Shown piece after piece: positions 62,568 to 64,000 of a DNA stretch of 64,000 bases; the stretch's first letter is position 1; every line of letters starts with the position of its first letter. Source of the DNA: Owenia fusiformis (taxonomy: Eukaryota); NCBI GenBank assembly GCA_903813345.2, contig CAIIXF020000001.1:49600001-49664000 (forward strand), in the 5' to 3' direction. The position numbers and the translations under genes are program-made. The notes below the pieces were generated by a model, which worked only from the letters and a program-made list of their open reading frames with translations, had not been told where the DNA came from and searched no databases.

Positions 62568-64000
62568 GTTATAGACTAATATATTCATGAATAACTATCA
62601 GATGGTGCTCCTACTATTGTCTCGGTTCATATGACAAACGCATCACTATTGAATATGGAATATAGAAGATTGTGCAATAAAGGAATATAACTGTGGAGGA
62701 TTCAGTGCAATCATAGAATGTTTGTGATAACCATGGAATAGTCAAGATAATCACAAATATTTAGGATAACGGCTTATAAAGGCATTATAACCAAGGTCTA
62801 TTTTTGGATAACCAACATAGATCTCCTTTTAATTCCTGATTTGGCTAATCTATCATGAAGATGAATTGGCGGCTAATAACAGAACAAAAAACTGGAGAAA
62901 ATTACATGGTTTGGAGATTGAGATATATGACTTCTCTTCAGTAAAATACAGTAACATCAGAAAGAAACAGAAAACTCATGAAGGGAACAGGTCAAGATAA
63001 CACATACTTTGATGGGTATGTAAGAAATAGGTTTGAGCTACCAAAGACTTGAATCGAATTTAAAAGTATGTATAATACTGTAGAAATTTAATTCGATCTA
63101 CCTAGTCATTAGAACAGCCAGGAAATTCATGCTTTGATAAAATAAATTGTGAGAAAATGATGATTACATACGTACCTGGAAAGAGAGAGTGAATTAGCAC
63201 ACGTAATATTAGGACTTGTTGGAGCATCTAATTATCTAGTATCATCTCTAATTCTGTCCTGAGCTTTGTTTAGAAGTTATTCAACAGTGTTCTGGGACCA
63301 TGTAGCTTGGAAATGGTGAAGCATATTAGCGTAGTATTATTTTGTCAGATGATGATGGTATGATATCATATACATTAGGTATATGAGATATGTGAGAGAG
63401 AGAGAGCAGACAAAATCCATAAACAATATTCTGAAATTAGTCTTTATGACAGAATGGGAGGGATAAGTGCTGATTACATCAGTGCCATATATCATCAACA
63501 ATTAACCCATGCTAAATAGTACGATGACGCATTGGTATTATCACCTTAAAATAGGTACAGCTACAGGGACAGGCGCAGTGTTTATAGGTGCCTTACTACT
63601 GGAGATACCACGATGGCGAAGGATAAACTAGATAAAGAAATGGATAAAAGACAAAGAAAGGCGAGAATAAGACCATTTCTAAAAAAGAAGACACTATCAC
63701 AAGATGAGCACTGTAACATATCTGGAATAATGTTTATAATTGTAAGATCATTTTATAATATTATTTTTAGTGAAAATTTAAAAATGTTATCTTTTATTGA
63801 TACTCTGTCTTGTCAGTCACCTGGAAATATGGGTCATGTTACTGGTTTTTAAATGTGTTTGTACACAATGTACAGTATGTAAGGTTATATAGGTTTTAAG
63901 TTATATCAAAGTCAGGAGTTAATTATTATGTTATTATGTCACCACCAGAAAATTGTGACATATTATTAAAGTTCCAACTTTTTTGTGGATGGTGTTAGAT

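Overview
AT-rich eukaryotic genomic DNA with GT-AG introns and many MITEs; an invertebrate animal is the most likely source (inference). All gene models were spliced by hand. (1) A 6-exon + strand gene (1926-6608, 350 aa) encodes a single-barrel, zinc-dependent cobalamin-independent methionine synthase (MetE C-terminal/'core')-type protein. Its third intron opens with a 16-copy 62-bp minisatellite made from the exon end plus the splice donor. (2) A convergent 6-exon ankyrin-repeat/SOCS-box gene lies on the - strand (14309-6925, 652 aa). Nested antisense in one of its introns is an intronless glass-like C2H2 zinc-finger gene broken by a 4-nt frameshift. (3) A large + strand gene starts with a SAM-like exon (17797-18054) and has candidate alternative phase-0 first exons; its introns appear to fill the rest of the window. 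(4) That intronic space holds an Academ (AcademX-type) transposon with an intact 1570-aa ORF, a Transib-like CAC..GTG element (5-bp TSD) carrying a nested hAT MITE, several other MITE families with readable TSDs, palindromic elements, minisatellites and a recent 767-bp tandem duplication. No rRNA, tRNA or CRISPR array was found.
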